From the IMG/VR virus record IMGVR_UViG_3300044723_009336, positions 6,007 to 70,006 of that record: a stretch of 64,000 nucleotides of DNA. One strand, 5' to 3'. This stretch comes from a virus. Of this stretch, positions 46,233 to 55,226 are shown one piece after another (positions within the stretch are counted from its first letter, which is position 1; every line of letters starts with the position of its first letter). The notes beneath the pieces are model-generated. The model saw only the letters and a list, made by a program, of their open reading frames with translations. It did no database searches and had not been told where the DNA came from. Made by a program: the position numbers and the translations under genes.

Positions 46233-47005
46233 TGTTTGGGACTCATTTTTATCATCAAAAAGTTCGAACTTGTGTTGCTATCTTTGGTAAGCTCTTTAAT
46301 AACATATACGTGGTAAGACCAAGTAGTCAACTGAAAGTTCCATTATCATACGCACCAAAACAAAAATATCTTGAAAGAATAAGAGAAAATCCTGATTTGG
46401 GTGCAAACTCACAAGTTGCGATTAAACTTCCTCGTATGTCTTTTGAAATAACATCGTTTGCATATGATGCAACGAGACAGTTAACAAAAGTAAGCAACTT
46501 TAATACATTCGGTACATCAAATGCAAATAGACAAAAGTTTTATTCTCCTGTTCCATATAGTGTAAATTTTCAATTAAATGTGTATGCAAAAAGTCAAGAT
46601 GATGCATTACAAATTGTAGAACAAATTTTACCAACATTCAATCCCCAGTATACATTAACAATCAAACCTTTCAGTACAGAATATCCAGATTTCAAAGAAG
46701 ATATACCGATTGTGATACAAGGTCTAAGTTTTTCTGATGATTTTGAAGGAGCAATGGAACAGAGACGAACTATCATTTATACACTTGATTTTGAAATGAA
46801 AGTCAGTTTCTACGGACCGATAAATACTTCAGATATCATACGTACATCAAAGGCAACCTTTTTTGATATAGGTGCTGGATTACTAGATTCTGATATAGGA
46901 CTCGAAAGAATTGACACAACGCCAGATCCTACATCTGTCTTTGGTATGCCAGATAGTGATTTTGGATTTAGTAATACTATAACATTATTAAGTGATAGCG
47001 CATGA
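46232..47005 (+). CDS. gp15: Tail sheath stabilizer/completion protein gp15
   Basis: FYHQKVR...FGKLFNNI, KVPLSYAPKQK, LPRMSFE and QIVEQILPTFNP motifs. Confidence 0.95.
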   Translation: MFGTHFYHQKVRTCVAIFGKLFNNIYVVRPSSQLKVPLSYAPKQKYLERIRENPDLGANSQVAIKLPRMSFEITSFAYDATRQLTKVSNFNTFGTSNANRQKFYSPVPYSVNFQLNVYAKSQDDALQIVEQILPTFNPQYTLTIKPFSTEYPDFKEDIPIVIQGLSFSDDFEGAMEQRRTIIYTLDFEMKVSFYGPINTSDIIRTSKATFFDIGAGLLDSDIGLERIDTTPDPTSVFGMPDSDFGFSNTITLLSDSA

Positions 47006-47346
47006 CAAATGATGAAAAGAATATAAAATCAGATTACGAATATTCACGAGAAACTTATTACGATCTATTAGAAAAGGGAAGAAACTCTCTTGAAGATATG
47101 ATCGAAGTTGCTCGATCTTCCGAACACCCACGTGCTTATGAAGTATTATCAGGAATGATAAAAAACTTGTCAGATGTCAATGATAAGTTAATGGATTTGA
47201 ATAAGAAAAACAAAGATATGAATAGAGAAGAAGTAAAACAAATTGCTTCTACTACAAATAATGTTTTTCTTGGATCGACTGCTGACTTGCAGAAGTTATT
47301 ACAGAATGAGGATAATATAATTGATGTCACTCCTGAACCAAAATGA
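47002..47346 (+). CDS. gp16: Terminase small subunit gp16
   Basis: DYEYSRETYY...EHPRAYEV...NNVFLGSTADLQKLL. Confidence 0.92.
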   Translation: MTNDEKNIKSDYEYSRETYYDLLEKGRNSLEDMIEVARSSEHPRAYEVLSGMIKNLSDVNDKLMDLNKKNKDMNREEVKQIASTTNNVFLGSTADLQKLLQNEDNIIDVTPEPK

Positions 47347-48928
47347 AACTTATCTCGGAAATCCTAGTGTCAAACGAGATGGTGTAGTTCAGGAATGGAC
47401 TCAAGATCTTGTAAAAGAATATGCATTGTGTATGAACAATGCTCAATATTTCGCAGAAAAATACTGTAAAGTAATATCACTCGATAAAGGTTTAGTTCCG
47501 TTTGAGCTATATCCTTATCAGAAAAAAATGTTTCAACAATTCCAGGAAAATCGTTTCAATGTCGTTCTCGCATGTCGTCAATCAGGTAAGTCAATTTCAG
47601 CCTGTGCGTTCCTCCTCTGGTTCGCGCTCTTTCATTCCGAAAAAACAGTCGCTGTCCTTGCAAACAAAGGTGCAACAGCGAGAGAAATGCTCTCAAGAAT
47701 CACACTTATGCTTGAGAATATCCCCTTCTTCTTACAGCCAGGTACAAAGGCACTCAACAAAGGATCGTTGGAGTTTTCCAATAACTCTCGGATTATCGCT
47801 GCTGCTACATCTGGTAGTTCTATTCGTGGACTATCAGTCAACTTACTTTATCTTGACGAGTTTGCCTTTGTTGAGCGGGCTGCTGAGTTCTACACTTCTA
47901 CTTATCCTGTGGTTTCAGCCGGAACGGATACTAAAATTATTGTCACCTCCACCGCAAACGGAATCGGTAACACCTTCTATAAGATCTGGGAAGGTGCTGT
48001 TCAAGGGATAAATGAATTCAAACCATTTCGAGTCGATTGGTGGGATGTTCCTGGAAGAGATGATAAGTGGAAAGAACAAACAGTTGCAAATACTTCTCAG
48101 TTACAGTTTGATCAAGAGTTTGGCAACACGTTTTTTGGAACAGGTGATACACTGATTAATGCAGAGACCCTGATGGGTTTTCGAGCCAAACCGTATAAAA
48201 AAGCATTGGAAGGTGGAGATCTTCTTATCTATGAAGAACCGGTCAAAGGACACAATTATATTATGACTGTTGATGTATCAAAAGGAAGAGGGCAGGATTA
48301 CTCTACTTTTAATTTGATCGATATTAGCGTTCGTCCGTTTGCACAGGTTGCTGTATATCGCAATAACACTATCTCTCCTTTGCTCTTCCCTAATATTATA
48401 TATAAGTACGCAAATTCTTATAACCAAGCATACGTTGTGATTGAAGCAAATGACCAGGGATCACTTGTTTGTAACGGTCTATATCAAGACTTAGAATATG
48501 AGAATGTACATGTAGAATCTGCAATCAAAGCAAATGCGATTGGGGTTGAGATGACAAGAAAAGTTAAAAGACTTGGATGTTCAGCAATCAAAGACATACT
48601 TGAAAATGGTAAGCTTCAAATTGTTGATGAGAATACAATCTTAGAAATATCTACATTTATTTCAAAAGGTCAATCATACGAAGCGTCTACGGGGAATCAT
48701 GATGATTTGATGATGAATCTTGTTATGTTTGGTTACTTTTCATCTTCACAGTACTTTGGCGATATGACTGATATTAACCTCAAAGATATGATATTCAAAA
48801 AACAAATGAAAGAAATAGAAGATGACCTTGTTCCATTCGGATTTATTGACGATGGGACTGATGCGATCAACGAGCTAGAAAATGGTGGGAAATTTGAATG
48901 GCAAGTCGAATATGACCCAAATTTCTAA
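47324..48928 (+). CDS. gp17: Terminase large subunit gp17
   Basis: Walker A ACRQSGKS, Walker B LYLDEFAF, STANG, FDQEF, nuclease DVSKGRGQDYS and HDDLMM. No insertion. Confidence 0.97.
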   Translation: MSLLNQNETYLGNPSVKRDGVVQEWTQDLVKEYALCMNNAQYFAEKYCKVISLDKGLVPFELYPYQKKMFQQFQENRFNVVLACRQSGKSISACAFLLWFALFHSEKTVAVLANKGATAREMLSRITLMLENIPFFLQPGTKALNKGSLEFSNNSRIIAAATSGSSIRGLSVNLLYLDEFAFVERAAEFYTSTYPVVSAGTDTKIIVTSTANGIGNTFYKIWEGAVQGINEFKPFRVDWWDVPGRDDKWKEQTVANTSQLQFDQEFGNTFFGTGDTLINAETLMGFRAKPYKKALEGGDLLIYEEPVKGHNYIMTVDVSKGRGQDYSTFNLIDISVRPFAQVAVYRNNTISPLLFPNIIYKYANSYNQAYVVIEANDQGSLVCNGLYQDLEYENVHVESAIKANAIGVEMTRKVKRLGCSAIKDILENGKLQIVDENTILEISTFISKGQSYEASTGNHDDLMMNLVMFGYFSSSQYFGDMTDINLKDMIFKKQMKEIEDDLVPFGFIDDGTDAINELENGGKFEWQVEYDPNF

Positions 48929-48932
48929 TTAT

Positions 48933-48940
48933 TATAAATA
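48933..48940 (+). promoter_or_regulatory. T4-type late promoter (TATAAATA)
   Basis: Exact consensus before gp18. Confidence 0.82.
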
Positions 48941-49004
48941 ATATGAAATTGAAGATAACCGTATCATGATAACATATAATTAGTAACCGAAAAAGGAAAA
49001 AAAG

Positions 49005-50747
49005 ATGGCACTATTCACACCTTCGCAATCTCCTGCGGTTGTCGTCAAAGAAATAGATCTGACTGGCGGTGTGCCCAACGTCCAGTCAACTACAGGCGCA
49101 TTCGTTGGAAATTTTAGATGGGGACCAGTGGAAGAAAGAGTTCTGATCTCAAATGAAGCAGAACTTACAGAAACTTTTGGTACTCCAGACACTAATAATA
49201 ATCGTAACATCGATTTTGTTAGTGCATCGCAATTCTTAAGATATTCAAATTCACTACAAGTTGTAAGAAATATTGATTCTACAGCTAAAAACGCAAACTT
49301 TACAGATGGGCAAAACCATAATTCAGTTCTGGATGCTCCAACCGTAAAAAATAAAACAGCTTTTGATAACCAACTATCATCTCTTGACTCTGACACACAC
49401 GTATTCATTTCTAGATTTCCTGGGGACTTAGGAAATAGTATTCGTGTTTCACTTTGGGATTCAAGCAGTATTACTGGTTGGACATACGCATCAGAATTTG
49501 ATGCTGCTCCTGGAACTAGTACGTTCGCTTCAAATAACAGTGCAACAAACGATGAAATGCACGTAGTAGTGGTAGACAATCTAGGAGATATCACAGGCAC
49601 AGCTGGTACAATACTAGAAAGATATCCTTTCGTTTCAAAGGTAACAGACGCTAAAAATACCGATGGATCAACTAACTATGTAAAAGATATAATCAATGAA
49701 ACATCAGAATATATCTACATGGTTGATTTTGATTCAGATTTCCAAGCAGTCAGCGCAGGAACAGCAGTTAGTAATTTGAATTATGCTCGAACAATTCGAA
49801 CAGCAACAAATTATGATTTTGGAGGAGGCGTTAACTCTGGCACACTAGGAACTTCTGAAATTTTAGCAGGTTTTGATCTTTTCGAAGATAAAGATACTGT
49901 TGAAGTAGATTTCTTAATTGCTCCGAGCATGACAACAACTACTGACCAAACAACTGTTGTCAACGATCTTGTATCAACTGCTTCATCGACTAGAAAAGAC
50001 TGTATAGCTATAGCTTCTCCAGCAAGAGACGATATAGTTAATTTGACAAGTGCTTCTTCAATTACAACAAATATTGTTGAAACTGCAAATACATTTACTA
50101 AGTCTTCTTATCTAGTAACAGATGGAAACTTCTTAAAAGTTTATGATAAATTTAATGATCAGTATATCCAAGTTCCAGCAGCATCTTCAACTGCTGGTAT
50201 CATGGCAGCAACTGATCGTAACGCAGCTCCTTGGTTCTCACCAGCTGGTGGAAGAAGAGGCCAATATCTTGGTGTAACTGCAATTGATTATACTCCTACT
50301 AAAGCTCAAAGAGATACTCTGTATAAAGCTGGGGTTAATCCGATTGCAAATATTCCTGGACAGGGTATCATACTCTTTGGGGATAAAACAAATCTTGGTA
50401 GACCTTCTGCATTCGATCGTATTAACGTACGTCGTCTCTTTCTTGTTCTTGAAAGAGCAATTAGTAGAGCAGCAGAAAACGTTCTCTTTGAATTCAACGA
50501 TGAATTTACAAGAGCAGAGTTTGTCAATATTGTTGAGCCGGTGCTAAGAGAAGTTAGAGGTAGACGTGGTATTACAGACTTTAGAGTCGTTTGTGACGAA
50601 ACAAACAATACTGCGGCAGTCATTGATCGGAATGAATTCATTGCGAGTATCTTCATTAAGCCGGCACGCTCTATCAACTATGTCACACTAAATTTTGTGG
50701 CTGTCAGATCTGGCGTCGACTTTGAAGAAGTCGTAGGTACGGTATAA
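49005..50747 (+). CDS. gp18: Tail sheath protein gp18
   Basis: SPAVVVKEIDLT, FRWGPVEER, PWFSPAGGRRG, SAFDRINVRRLF and IKPARSINYVTLNFVA motifs. Confidence 0.97.
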   Translation: MALFTPSQSPAVVVKEIDLTGGVPNVQSTTGAFVGNFRWGPVEERVLISNEAELTETFGTPDTNNNRNIDFVSASQFLRYSNSLQVVRNIDSTAKNANFTDGQNHNSVLDAPTVKNKTAFDNQLSSLDSDTHVFISRFPGDLGNSIRVSLWDSSSITGWTYASEFDAAPGTSTFASNNSATNDEMHVVVVDNLGDITGTAGTILERYPFVSKVTDAKNTDGSTNYVKDIINETSEYIYMVDFDSDFQAVSAGTAVSNLNYARTIRTATNYDFGGGVNSGTLGTSEILAGFDLFEDKDTVEVDFLIAPSMTTTTDQTTVVNDLVSTASSTRKDCIAIASPARDDIVNLTSASSITTNIVETANTFTKSSYLVTDGNFLKVYDKFNDQYIQVPAASSTAGIMAATDRNAAPWFSPAGGRRGQYLGVTAIDYTPTKAQRDTLYKAGVNPIANIPGQGIILFGDKTNLGRPSAFDRINVRRLFLVLERAISRAAENVLFEFNDEFTRAEFVNIVEPVLREVRGRRGITDFRVVCDETNNTAAVIDRNEFIASIFIKPARSINYVTLNFVAVRSGVDFEEVVGTV

Positions 50748-50758
50748 GGAGATAGAAA

Positions 50759-51298
50759 ATGGCAGTATTAGGAGTAGATGATTTCAAAGCAAAGATTAGA
50801 GGTGGCGGTGCTCGTCCTAATCTTTTTCAAGCAACACTAAACTTTCCAGCATATGCTGGGGGGTCTGAAGTAACAGAGGTGGCTTCATTCTTATGTGAAG
50901 CAGCTCAATTACCTGGATCGACATTAGGTTCAATTGTAGTTCCTTTCCGAGGACGTCAGTTAAAGATGGCTGGTGATCGTACATTTGAGGCATGGTCAGC
51001 AACCATTATTAACGATACGGATTTCAAAATTCGTAACGCAATGGAACGTTGGATGTCAGGTATAGGTGGTCATTCAGAAAATGTAGGATTAACCAATCCA
51101 ATCGATTACGAAGCTGATCTCAGAATTGCTCAGTTAGATCGTAACGGTTCGAAAATTAAAGAATATATCTTTAATGGGGCGCATCCTACAGATCTTTCAC
51201 CAATCGATGTTGCATATGCAACTACAGATGATATTGAAAGATTTACTGTTACATTCCAGTACCAATACTGGACAACAGTAGATGGCACAGCAGCCTAG
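50759..51298 (+). CDS. gp19: Tail tube protein gp19
   Basis: GGARPNLF, FRGRQLKMAGDRTFEAW and IERFTVTFQYQYW motifs. Confidence 0.96.
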   Translation: MAVLGVDDFKAKIRGGGARPNLFQATLNFPAYAGGSEVTEVASFLCEAAQLPGSTLGSIVVPFRGRQLKMAGDRTFEAWSATIINDTDFKIRNAMERWMSGIGGHSENVGLTNPIDYEADLRIAQLDRNGSKIKEYIFNGAHPTDLSPIDVAYATTDDIERFTVTFQYQYWTTVDGTAA

Positions 51299-51310
51299 AT
51301 AAATATAATA

Positions 51311-51339
51311 GGAGAGGCGAAAAATCGCCTTTCCTTTTT
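51311..51339 (+). terminator. Hairpin plus U-tract after gp19 (probable intrinsic terminator)
   Basis: GGAGAGGCGA-AAAA-TCGCCTTTCC followed by TTTTT. 10-bp stem with one G-U pair. Confidence 0.65.
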
Positions 51340-51353
51340 ATAAGGATTTTTAA

Positions 51354-52892
51354 ATGGCAGATAGAAGTTTTAAATTATTTGGTTTTGAAATAAAACGGGC
51401 AGAAAGTGATGACCCGAAAAAGAAACCTTCGATCGTACCAGCACGAGATGACGACGGCGCTGGATATGTTACTGCTGCAGGAACTCATTATGGCCAATAT
51501 ATCAATATTGATGGTGATGATTCAAAAGATAACTATAATATGATCATGAAATATAGAGGGGTTTCTACACATCCAGAGGTTGACGCAGCAATAGAAGATA
51601 TAGTAAACGAGTCAATTGCTGGTAGCGAATTAGAACAACCAATAGATCTCAATCTTGATAATTTAGAAGTAAGTGACAAGATTAAGAAAACCATGAAAGA
51701 AGAGTTTGATAGCATAGTAGGAATGATGAATTTCCATGAACTCGGTCACGATATCTTTCGTCGTTGGTATGTCGACGGAAGACTTTATCATCATCTTGTA
51801 GTCAATGAATCAAACCTGAAAGCAGGTATTCAAGAAATTAGACCAATTGATTCTGCAAAAATGCGTAAGGTGAAACAGGTCAAAAAGAAAAAAGATCCTG
51901 AAACCGGTGCTCAATTAATTGAAAAAATAGACGAGTATTATATTTACCAAGAAAAACCAGGATCACAACACAATGCTGGCGTTAAAATGTCTCTCGATTC
52001 TGTTTCTTATTGTACATCAGGATTGCTTGATGAGGGCAGAAAGAGAGTAGTTTCATATTTACATAAAGCACTGAAGCCAATCAATCAGTTGCGTATGATG
52101 GAAGATTCACTTGTCATTTACAGATTGGCAAGAGCACCAGAACGTCGTATGTTCTATATCGATGTTGGTAATATGCCGCGTGGTAAAGCTGAGCAGTATA
52201 TGAAAGACATTATGGCAAGATATAGAAATAAACTTGTCTATGATGCACAAACAGGTGAGATCAGAGATGATCGTAAACATCAGTCTATGATCGAAGACTT
52301 TTGGTTACCAAGACGCGAAGGTGGTAGAGGCACAGAGATTAGTACCCTTCCAGGCGGTCAGAATCTGGGTGAGATAGACGATATTGTATATTTCCAAAAG
52401 AGAATGTATCGTTCACTGAATGTACCAATCAATCGTCTCGAACAAGAAGCGCAGTTTAGTCTTGGTAGATCGACTGAGATCGGTCGCGATGAACTAAAGT
52501 TTCAGAAATTTATAGACAGACTCAGACGCAGATTTGCTCATCTCTTCTACGACATTCTTCGTAAACAACTCGTTCTCAAAGGTATTATTACCCAAGAAGA
52601 TTGGGATACGATGAAGAATGATATCATTGTAGACTATGTTCGTGATAACCATTTCACAGAGTTAAAAAATGCAGAACTGATCCGCGAAAGAATACAGACA
52701 CTTGATCAAATGTCACAATATGTTGGGGATTATTTCTCCAAAGAGTGGATTCAAAAGAATGTCTTACAACTTTCTGATGAAGATATTGAAAATATGCAAA
52801 AACAAATTAGTGGCGAAGGTGATGAACCAGAAGAAGATCAGCAACCCACTGCTGAAAAATTTGAATTAAGAACCGTTACTCAAGGAGAATAA
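51354..52892 (+). CDS. gp20: Portal vertex protein gp20
   Basis: HPEVDAAIEDIVNE, RRWYVDGR, LRMMEDSLVIYRLARAPERR and EDFWLPRREGGRGTEISTLPGG motifs. Confidence 0.98.
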   Translation: MADRSFKLFGFEIKRAESDDPKKKPSIVPARDDDGAGYVTAAGTHYGQYINIDGDDSKDNYNMIMKYRGVSTHPEVDAAIEDIVNESIAGSELEQPIDLNLDNLEVSDKIKKTMKEEFDSIVGMMNFHELGHDIFRRWYVDGRLYHHLVVNESNLKAGIQEIRPIDSAKMRKVKQVKKKKDPETGAQLIEKIDEYYIYQEKPGSQHNAGVKMSLDSVSYCTSGLLDEGRKRVVSYLHKALKPINQLRMMEDSLVIYRLARAPERRMFYIDVGNMPRGKAEQYMKDIMARYRNKLVYDAQTGEIRDDRKHQSMIEDFWLPRREGGRGTEISTLPGGQNLGEIDDIVYFQKRMYRSLNVPINRLEQEAQFSLGRSTEIGRDELKFQKFIDRLRRRFAHLFYDILRKQLVLKGIITQEDWDTMKNDIIVDYVRDNHFTELKNAELIRERIQTLDQMSQYVGDYFSKEWIQKNVLQLSDEDIENMQKQISGEGDEPEEDQQPTAEKFELRTVTQGE

Positions 52893-52895
52893 ATT

Positions 52896-53210
52896 ATGAG
52901 TGAAGCAAACCCTGTACAAGATCTGATACAAAATGCTATAGATCAGGATTTCAATAAAGCAAATAATACATTTAATGACATTATGACAGTTAAGATGACA
53001 GATCTTCTTGACCAAGAAAAGATTCGAATAGCCGATCAAATGTATAACGGAGTCGAAGATGAAGAAGACGATGGACAACTCGACCTTGACTTGGACGGAG
53101 GAGACGAGGAAGCATCTGAAGAGTCTTCCGAAGATCAAGATCCTGACGAGGAAGATGCAGGAGCTGACGATGAAACAGAAGATGAGTTTGAAGAGACCGA
53201 AGAAGAATAA
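52896..53210 (+). CDS. Acidic prohead core-associated protein (positional analog of gp67)
   Basis: Helical N-terminus and very acidic C-terminus. Lies between gp20 and gp21. Confidence 0.6.
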   Translation: MSEANPVQDLIQNAIDQDFNKANNTFNDIMTVKMTDLLDQEKIRIADQMYNGVEDEEDDGQLDLDLDGGDEEASEESSEDQDPDEEDAGADDETEDEFEETEEE

Positions 53211-53245
53211 CACTAAAATTACTTTTAAGTAGAAAACAATAAAAT

Positions 53246-53253
53246 CATAAATA
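53246..53253 (+). promoter_or_regulatory. Probable late promoter (CATAAATA)
   Basis: NATAAATA variant 10 nt before ATG 53264. Confidence 0.55.
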
Positions 53254-53263
53254 ATAGTTACAA

Positions 53264-53476
53264 ATGAAAACATTTACACAGATAAGAGAACTCACTGGAA
53301 GAAAACCTGAAGGACAATTGCTTGTCAATAAGAAACAGGGAAAAATTCAGATTCAAGTTTATAAGGAACGAAATGGTTTTGTTGCTTATGTCGACGGAGA
53401 CAGACTTGACTCTTATCGATCAAAGAACGAGGCAGAAAAAGCTGCCACAGAATTTGTAAAGGCATATAAAAAATGA
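53264..53476 (+). CDS. Small protein preceding gp21 (positional analog of gp68)
   Basis: MKTFTQIRE start. ATGA overlap with gp21. Confidence 0.6.
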   Translation: MKTFTQIRELTGRKPEGQLLVNKKQGKIQIQVYKERNGFVAYVDGDRLDSYRSKNEAEKAATEFVKAYKK

Positions 53477-54129
53477 AACTGATTGCAGAATATACAGACA
53501 ATGAATTAGAAGTCTTGACAGAAGAAAAGAATGGCAAGAAGTCTTATGCCATTGAAGGTATCTTCATGCAAGCAGAAGCAAAGAATAGAAACGGTCGGAT
53601 ATATCCGCGTGGAGTAATGGAGTCAGCTGTCGGTAAATATAATTCCGAACAGGTTGTTCCAGGTCGTGCGGTTGGTGAGTTAAATCACCCTGAAGGACCT
53701 ACCGTTAATCTAGATAAAGTTTCTCACAAGATCGAATCTCTCAATTGGCAGGGAAACGATGTTGTGGGCAAGGCAACTATTTTGGCCACTCCTATGGGTG
53801 AAGTCGTTAAGGGTTTACTCGACGGCGGTGTCAAACTAGGTGTTTCGACTCGTGGTATGGGAAGCTTAGCCAGAGGTAATGACGCAATGATCGTCAAAGA
53901 CGATTTTATTCTTAACGCGGTAGATATCGTGCAAGATCCATCTGCTCCAAGCGCTTTTGTTAATGGAGTTATGGAAGGTGTAGAATGGGTTTGGAATAAC
54001 GGAATTATCGAAGCAAAAGCAATTGAAAAAATGGAGACTGAAATTAAACAAGCTCCACGCGCTGATCTCTATGAGACACAGGTTCGTGAGTTCAAGAATT
54101 TCCTCTCGTTACTTAAAAATAACTTGTAA
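53473..54129 (+). CDS. gp21: Prohead protease gp21
   Basis: IEGIFMQAEAKNRNGRIYP, GELNHPEGP, GVSTRGMGS and DIVQDPSAPSAFV motifs. Confidence 0.97.
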   Translation: MKLIAEYTDNELEVLTEEKNGKKSYAIEGIFMQAEAKNRNGRIYPRGVMESAVGKYNSEQVVPGRAVGELNHPEGPTVNLDKVSHKIESLNWQGNDVVGKATILATPMGEVVKGLLDGGVKLGVSTRGMGSLARGNDAMIVKDDFILNAVDIVQDPSAPSAFVNGVMEGVEWVWNNGIIEAKAIEKMETEIKQAPRADLYETQVREFKNFLSLLKNNL

Positions 54130-54138
54130 AAGGAGTCA

Positions 54139-55215
54139 ATGATGACTGATGAAAATCAAATCGATCAGGACGTTGAACTTCATGATGACGAGAATGAAAT
54201 CATGGAAGCACAAGGTCACGATCCTAAAAATGCTGAGGCTCAGTCTGTAGCATCTGTTGATAAAGCAGGTGAAGCAACTTCCACAGCAAAAAAGCGCAAA
54301 GGCGATAACACTAAACAAGATCCAATGCCTAAAATGCCAGGAACAAAAGCTGGTATGATTAACGCTATGTATAACAAAATGAACAATATGACAAAGGAAC
54401 AGTTATCAACATTGTTGAATAAATCTGTAACTGAGTCTGTTGAAGAAGATGACGTAGTTGTTGAAACAGCGGATCTTAATTACGAAGTAGATTTCTCTGA
54501 AGACTTAAATGCAATCATGGCTGATGAAGCTACATTGTCAGAAGAGTTTAAAGAAAAAACTGCAGTGATTTTCGAAGCAGCAATTAAGTCTAAGCTAGCT
54601 GAAGAAATTGATCGTCTTGAAGAAAAATACCACGAAGAGTTGGCTGAAGAGATTGAATCTACAAAGTCAGGTCTAGTAGAAAAAGTAGATAGCTATCTAC
54701 ACTACGTTGTCGAACAATGGCTAGAAGATAATAAACTAGCTGTTCAGTCTGGCTTACGTACAGAAATTGCAGAGACATTCATGAATAATCTAAAAGATCT
54801 ATTCACAGAGTCTTACATCGAAGTACCTGAGTCTAAGGTAGACCTAGTCGACGATCTTGCTGAACAAGTTGAAGAGCTTGAGACCCAGCTAAACAACACA
54901 ACAGCAAATGCTATCGAAATGGCAGAAGAGTTAGAAGCTTATAAGCGTGAAGCAGTAATTGCAGAAGCAGCTAAAGATCTTGCTGACACCCAAGCCGAGA
55001 AACTAAAGTCATTAGTAGCTGATATGGATTTCGATAACGAAGAAACTTTTGCTTCAAAAGTTGCTACTGTTAAAGAATCATATTTCACAAAAACTACTAA
55101 GACAGTAACTGAGTCTGCAGACTTTGAATCAGATGACCAAGATGATACAATCGAGGTTTCTGGATCAATGGCTCAGTATTTAACAGCCCTTAATCGAACA
55201 TCGAAAAAACAATAG
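54139..55215 (+). CDS. gp22: Prohead core scaffold protein gp22
   Basis: LSEEFKEKTAVIFEAA, KVDSYLHYVVEQW and AETFMNNLKDLF motifs. Confidence 0.93.
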   Translation: MMTDENQIDQDVELHDDENEIMEAQGHDPKNAEAQSVASVDKAGEATSTAKKRKGDNTKQDPMPKMPGTKAGMINAMYNKMNNMTKEQLSTLLNKSVTESVEEDDVVVETADLNYEVDFSEDLNAIMADEATLSEEFKEKTAVIFEAAIKSKLAEEIDRLEEKYHEELAEEIESTKSGLVEKVDSYLHYVVEQWLEDNKLAVQSGLRTEIAETFMNNLKDLFTESYIEVPESKVDLVDDLAEQVEELETQLNNTTANAIEMAEELEAYKREAVIAEAAKDLADTQAEKLKSLVADMDFDNEETFASKVATVKESYFTKTTKTVTESADFESDDQDDTIEVSGSMAQYLTALNRTSKKQ

Positions 55216-55226
55216 GAGACTAATCG

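Noticed and set aside
47502-48011. 169-aa alternative-frame ORF within gp17 (also 41273-41791 within the oxygenase)
   Set aside because: Overlaps conserved catalytic regions in another frame, with no initiation signals or domain-like features.
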